Of a stretch of 64,000 nucleotides of DNA, positions 58,046 through 64,000 are shown piece after piece (positions within the stretch are counted from its first letter, which is position 1; every line of letters begins with the position of its first letter). A program made the translations under genes and the position numbers. The stretch comes from Malacoraja senta (lineage: Eukaryota): assembly GCA_038087875.1 (NCBI GenBank), contig CM075992.1, forward strand, positions 3,784,001 to 3,848,000. Reading direction: 5' to 3'. The notes beneath the pieces were generated by a model. It saw only the letters and a program-made list of their open reading frames with translations, was not told the origin of the DNA and made no database searches.

Positions 58046-60169
58046 CTGTCCATGTAGCAGTCAAAATGGTACTTAAACCTTGCGATCATACCTGTCCCAA
58101 CTACTACCTCTGGCAGCTCGTTCCATTCCCTTTGTGTGAAAAAGTTATCCCTCAGTCTCCATTAAATCTATCCCCCCCCCTCACCTTAAACCTATGTCTC
58201 TTGTTCTCGATTTCCCCAGCAACATGTCATCCCTTCCTTCCTGGACTGTGTGACAATCGCTTTACATCGGTGACCTATACTAACCTAATGGTGAAAGGGC
58301 AAAGCTGTCAGAAGTCTGTAAGATTGTGACTTCATCTTTTCTTCACTCCCCCATTTAGTTTTTGCTTGGAGATACAGGGCCTCTAGTCCACCAATGGCCA
58401 TCGATGCCTCATTCACAACACAAAGGGTGGCGGGTGTACGGAACAAGCTGCAGGAGGAGGTAGTTGAGGCAGGTGCCATCGCAACACTTAATTGCGCAAC
58501 ATTTTGATGGTGAATTAAAGGACGTTCTTTTAGGAAGGAGATGAGGAGAAATGTCTTCAGTCCGAGGGTGGTGAATCTGCGGAATTCTTTGCCACAGAAG
58601 GCTGTGGAGGCCAAGTCAGTGGATATTTTTAAGGCAGAGACAGATAGATTCTTGATTGGGGAGGCACTGCTTGACCCAACAGGAAATGACCCATTCCTGC
58701 TGTTAAATTATAATGTAACAGGAAGGAACTGCAGATGCTGGTTTAAACCGAAGATTTGCACAAAAAAGCTAGAGTTAGAAATAATAATGGAAACTGCTTA
58801 AAGCTAATAAAAGGAACATTTTGGTCAGTTTGCACTAAGTGTGATTCAGACCTGAGGTTGCGGCCTTTGTTAGAGTCAACACTTACGACTCTTGTAACCG
58901 TAAACCTTTCCTAAAGCTCAAAAACGTCAACTTTCTTCCTTGTAGAAAGGAACTGCAGATGCCTGTTTATGCTGAAGATCGACACACAAGTGCTGGAGTA
59001 ACTCAGCGGGTCAGGCAGAATCTCTGGAGAGAAGGAACGGGTGACGTTTCGGGTCGAGACCCTTCTTCACACTGAACCCTTTTTCTCCAGAGACCCGCGG
59101 AGTTACTCCAGCACTTTGTGTCTATCTTCTAACTCTTCTTCTTTCTCCTCATTAAAAACAAAATCTATTTTAGTTTAGTTTGAAGAGATAAAGCATGGAA
59201 ACATGCCCTTCGGCCAACCGATCCCACGCCGACCATCGATCACCCATTCACACTAGTTCTATCTTATCCCCCTTTCACATTCACTCCCTGCACACTAGGG
59301 GCAACTTACAGAAGCCAATAAATCTACAAATCCGCACGTCTTTGGGACGTGGACGTGGAAGGAAACCGGAGCACCCGGAGGAAACCCACGAGATCTTTGT
59401 GAGAACGTGCAAACTCCACTCCAGTTCATTCACCAAAGTTTTTTTTTAATCAAACATCTAAATATTTATATATATATATATTTTTTCTTTGCCTGAAGCA
59501 CCATGGAAAATGTCATAGGTAGACAAAAAATGCTGGAGAAACTCAGCGGGTGAGGCAGCATCTATGGAGAGAAGGAATAAGCGACGTTTCAGGTCGAGAC
59601 CCTTCTTCAGACTGTCTTGAAGTTAAAAATGTTTTTATAAATGCAATGTTGTTATCAAACTATTTCCTTGCCTGAAATAATTTGGCCTCTAGTTTTTATT
59701 TATCTTGAAGCATACAACTCTTTCGTAAATGTGTGTACATTTCTGGTTGTTTTACGCTGATTATTTTCTGATGTGAATTTTATTCTTCATTGCCTACATT
59801 CTTGTTGATATAAACAGATTAGGTTTTTTTTCGGAGGTATTGGTGTGAAAACTGTTGAGAACCATTGGTGTTTATTTACTGTAGCAACCACACTATGTAG
59901 AATTGAATGTTGGCTTGCTAGTTCTAGCCTCTCCACCCCCCCCCCCCTGAAAGATCTGTAGATTATTATTCACATATCTTTTTATTTAAGTAGAAGAATT
60001 TTAATGCTGTAATTGCTTTTAGTGATGAGATAAAATGGAGCTCAGCCACACAGTTCATTAGGTCTTGCTGTTGTTTTTTAAGCATAATTCATTAAATGAA
60101 TGAGAGAAATATCAAACGCAGTTGACCCAGTTATTGGCCCAAACTTTCGCAAACTCACACACAATCTCT

Positions 60170-60750
60170 CTCTTTCTCGCACGCACATGCACACACACAC
60201 ACACGCGCACACACACACGGACAGGCAAACATACATATCTAGGCAAGCGTACGTGTATTAAAAAAGTCACACAAATGTACACACAAAAGTAGAAGCATCA
60301 TGTACACCAGTATAGAGATACACACACACACACGTTCACGTCCCTTTGCACGTACATATGCACACACACTCACTCACCCGCACACGCGCATGCACACACT
60401 GATGCACACGCACGTGCATACACACACACACCCTCGCGTACTTGTGCGTACACACACACACCCGCGTGCACACACAGACACACACACTTGTGTTCACATA
60501 CACACACACACACCCTCGCGTACTTGTGCGTACACACACACACCCGCGTGCACACACAGACACACACACTTGTGTTCACATACACACACACACACTCGCG
60601 TATGTGTGCACACACACACACACACACACTCGCGTGCACACACAGACACACACACTTGTGTTCACATACGCACACACACACACTCGCGTGCACACACAGA
60701 CACACACACTTGTGTTCACATACACACACATGTGCACGCGCACACACAGT
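60170..60750. repeat. CA-rich compound minisatellite
   Basis: Repeated CGCGTGCACACACAGACACACACACTTGTGTTCACATAC units. Confidence 0.9.
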
Positions 60751-60834
60751 ATCTCGGCCCCCCCGGCGGACTAAGCAGACCGTTCTGGTACTGTTGGTCT
60801 CCTCATGGAGGCCGTGGCCTCTGTTGGGCACAGT

Positions 60835-61195
60835 TTCATAAATTCTGGGAGTAGAATTAGGCCATTCGGCCCATCAAGTCTACTCCACCATTCAATCATG
60901 GCTGATCTATCTCTCCTTCCTACCCCATTCTCCTGCCTTCTCCCCAGAACCCCTTACACCCCTACTAGAGATGAATCTATCAATCTCCGCCTTAAAAATA
61001 TCCATTGACTTGGCCTCCACAGCCTTCTATGGCAAAGAATTCCACAGATTCACCACCTTCCGACTAAAGAAATTCCTCCTCATCTTCATTCTAAAGCTTC
61101 ACCCTTTTATTCTGAGGTTATGGCTTCTGGTCCTAGACTCTCCCACTAGTGGAAACATCCTCTCCACATCCACTCTATCCAGGCCTTTCACTATT
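60835..61195 (-). mobile_element. CR1-type LINE 3' fragment
   Basis: Reverse complement of the same 3' end as 3040-3440. Confidence 0.75.
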
Positions 61196-62114
61196 TCTTA
61201 AATTTGTTTGGCAAAACGGATAATCCAGGAAGGCTCTAGAAACAAGGAATTAAGTCCTAGCCAGCCCTCTTTCTTTAGCCTTTGGTCATAAGGTCATAAT
61301 TGATAGGAGTAGAATTACGCCAATCGGCCCATCAAGTCTACTCCGTCCTTCAATCATGGCTGATCTATCTCTCCCTCCTAACCCCATTCTCCAGCCTTCT
61401 GCCCATAACCCCTGACACCTGGCAGGGGTGCCAGTCCTGGCAACATAAATCTTACGGACGGGGAGGTTCCAGAGGTTGGGTGGGGGGTGGGGAGGAGGCT
61501 GCTCTGCGAGTATCGAGCTGCAAGGTACCGCCAGCCGAGGTACGAATAACTCCGCACGTCTTCGCTTCTGTTTCGCAAGATAAGGCAAAGGCAGCAGATT
61601 TTATCAACAAGCCTCTCTTGCACATCTCGCCCGGAAAGGTTTTGAACCAACTTCACATCAAGCCACAAAATGAACGTGATACTGAATAGCAGCAAACATC
61701 TTGGTCTGATTCAAGTTGCCAGTTCCAACCTTCCTCAGCGGGACAGGCAGCATCTCTGGAGAGAAGGAATGGGTGACCTTTTCGGGTCGACACACTGGTT
61801 AGGGATAAGGGAAACGAGAGATATAGACGATGATGTGGAGAAATAAAGAACAATGAAGAACAATTCCTGCAGGAATGACTCTTAAAGAGTTAAAAGTTGA
61901 AAGTTTGGTGCTGCTTTATTGTTGCCATGTTTAGTCAAGTCAAGTCAAGTCAAGTGAGTTTATTGTCATGTGTCCCTGATAGGACAATGAAATTCTTGCT
62001 TTGCTTCAGCACAACAGAACATAGTAGGCATTGACTACAGTGAGATACAGTGAAAAACGTTGTTTTGTTTACAAACCCATGAATCATATTATACACCAGT
62101 ATGTTAATGCCATA

Positions 62115-62710
62115 CATAGAAACATAGAAACATAGAAACATAGAAGATAGGTGCAGGAGGAGGCCATTCGGCCCTTCGAGCCAGCACCGCCATTGTGATC
62201 ATGGCTGATCGTCCCCAATCAATAACCCATGCCTGCCTTCTCCCCATATCCCTTGATTCCACCAGCCCCTAGAGCTCTATCTAACTCTCTCTTAAATCCA
62301 TCCAGTGACTTGGCCTCCACTGCCCTCTGTGGCAGGGAATTCCACAAATTCACAACTCTCTGCGTGAATTTTTTTTTTCTCACCTCAGTCTTAAATGGCC
62401 TCCCCTTTATTCTAAGACTGTGGCCCCTGGTTCTGGACTCGCCCAACATTGGGAACATTTTTCCTGCATCTAGCTTGTCCAGTCCTTTTATAATTGTATA
62501 TGTTTCTATAAGATTCCCCCCTCATCCTTCTAAACTCCAGTGAATACAAGCCTAGTCTTTTCAATCTTTCCTGATATGACAGTCCCGCCATCCCAGGGAT
62601 CAATCTCGTGAACCTACGCTGCACTGCCTCAATCACAAGGATGTCCTTCCTCAAATTAGGAGACCAAAACTGTACACAATACCCCAGATGTGGTCTTACC
62701 AGAGCCCTAG
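62115..62710 (-). mobile_element. CR1-type LINE 3' fragment
   Basis: Reads EAVQRRFTRLIPGM...TRGHSLRI. (AGAAACAT)n tail. Confidence 0.85.
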
Positions 62711-62844
62711 AAGAACCTCTCTACTCCTCAACTCCATATTAATACAACATGTAGTGCAAAAACATTAAGGGTAGAATGCAGAATATATAGTGTTATATTG
62801 ATATGTTACAGTGTTAATATGTTGATACTGCCTTAAAAGTGGCC

Positions 62845-63088
62845 ATAACGGTGCACTGAGTCCGCACCGATCACTCGTACACTAGTGCTATCCTCCACAC
62901 ACCGGACAATTTACAAAAGCCAATGAACCGACCAAACTTCACGTGTTTGAAGTGTGGGAGGAAACCGGAGCACCCGGAGAAAACCCACGCGGTCACGGGG
63001 AGAACGTACAAATTCCACCCGTAGTCAGGATCGAACCCGGGTCTCTGGCGCTGGGAGGCAGCAACTCTACCGCTGCGTCACCGTGCCC
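62845..63088 (-). mobile_element. tRNA-derived SINE (V-SINE/HE1-like)
   Basis: Reverse complement of the family head and body. Confidence 0.7.
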
Positions 63089-63547
63089 CCTCAAGGTGTG
63101 CGACTGTATGTGGTCAGAGGTGAACAGCGGGGAAACATAGGGAACAGGTGCAGGAGGAGGCCATTTGGCCCTTCGAGCCTCCACCACCAGGGAAGATGGC
63201 GTCTCGGTTTACAGTTCGTGGGCGTTCTCGGGTAACATCTGATCTGTGGTGTTTACATCGCGGTGTCCCAGGGCTTTCGGAGGTGGTGAGACGTTGAGAG
63301 AGAGAGAGATCCAACCGCTACCCTTGCGCCGCAGAGCGGGCTCAGCAGTGCCCTGCTGTTCTCTCCGCCTTGACCACGTACCCTTTGGACATCCCTCTGT
63401 TTTTAATAACGGCTGAGTAGCGGAGGATCCAACACGGTGCCCACTGGGCAGTGCCCGGGCCACGCACGCTGGCACCGAGGGCTTCCTGGAACGGTCCCAT
63501 CGGGAGGATATCTGGGCAAGGAAGGAAACCTCTGTGAAACGTCTAGA

Positions 63548-63832
63548 CTTTAGAGACACAGGCCCTACGGCCCACCGAGATCGTGCCGACCAGCGATCAC
63601 ACTAACACTATCCTACACACACACTAGGGACAATGTACAGTTTTACTGATGCCAATTAACCTACAAACCTGTAGGTCTCTGGAGTGTGGGAGGAAACCGG
63701 AGCACCTGTGCGAGGAAACCCACGCAGGTCACGGGGAGAACGTGCAAACTCCGTACAGACAGCACCCGTAGACAGGAGCCTGGGTCTCTGGTGCTGTGAG
63801 GCAGCAACTCTACCGCTGTGCCACTGTACCGC
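63548..63832 (-). mobile_element. tRNA-derived SINE (V-SINE/HE1-like)
   Basis: Reverse complement of the family head and body. Confidence 0.7.
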
Positions 63833-64000
63833 ACAGTCATGCTTATACACAGTGTCATGTGTATAAACCATGTGTTAGGATAGGATAGTGGCGTTTAAAA
63901 GACTTTCAAAGACTTTCATAGCATCTGAGGTCAGGATTGAACCTGGGTCTCTGGTGCTGGGTGGCAGCAACTCTACCAGCTGTACCACTGCGTTGAGGTG

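Overview
Repeat-dense vertebrate DNA. The tRNA-derived V-SINE/HE1-like SINEs, CR1-type LINEs with (TTTCTATG)n tails and Penelope-like elements point to a cartilaginous fish such as a skate or ray (inference). Two 200-N gaps (23122-23321, 52522-52721) split the window into three contigs. The only recognisable gene is SLC27A1 (FATP1). Its last four coding exons lie on the minus strand (15837-22422, three 1-bp indels), while its first coding exon lies on the PLUS strand (47858-48024), downstream of a ZNF143/NRF1-type CpG-island promoter (~35330-35760). This suggests a mis-oriented contig or two divergent copies. A signal-peptide first exon of an unidentified gene lies at 2632-2704 (-). Mobile DNA includes a near-intact Passport-like Tc1, CR1, L2, Rex1/Babar, Vingi-like and Penelope-like fragments, Harbinger-type MITEs and an 8-bp-TSD MITE. 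Most notable are two unrelated families of very short (~130-165 bp) non-coding retroelements. Each begins with a hand-foldable HDV-like self-cleaving ribozyme and ends in an (AAG)n tail like that of a Vingi-like LINE fragment in the same window. Many Penelope-derived repeats also carry a minimal hammerhead ribozyme core. All RNA folds were read by eye and none has been tested. Repeat boundaries without a stated TSD are approximate.
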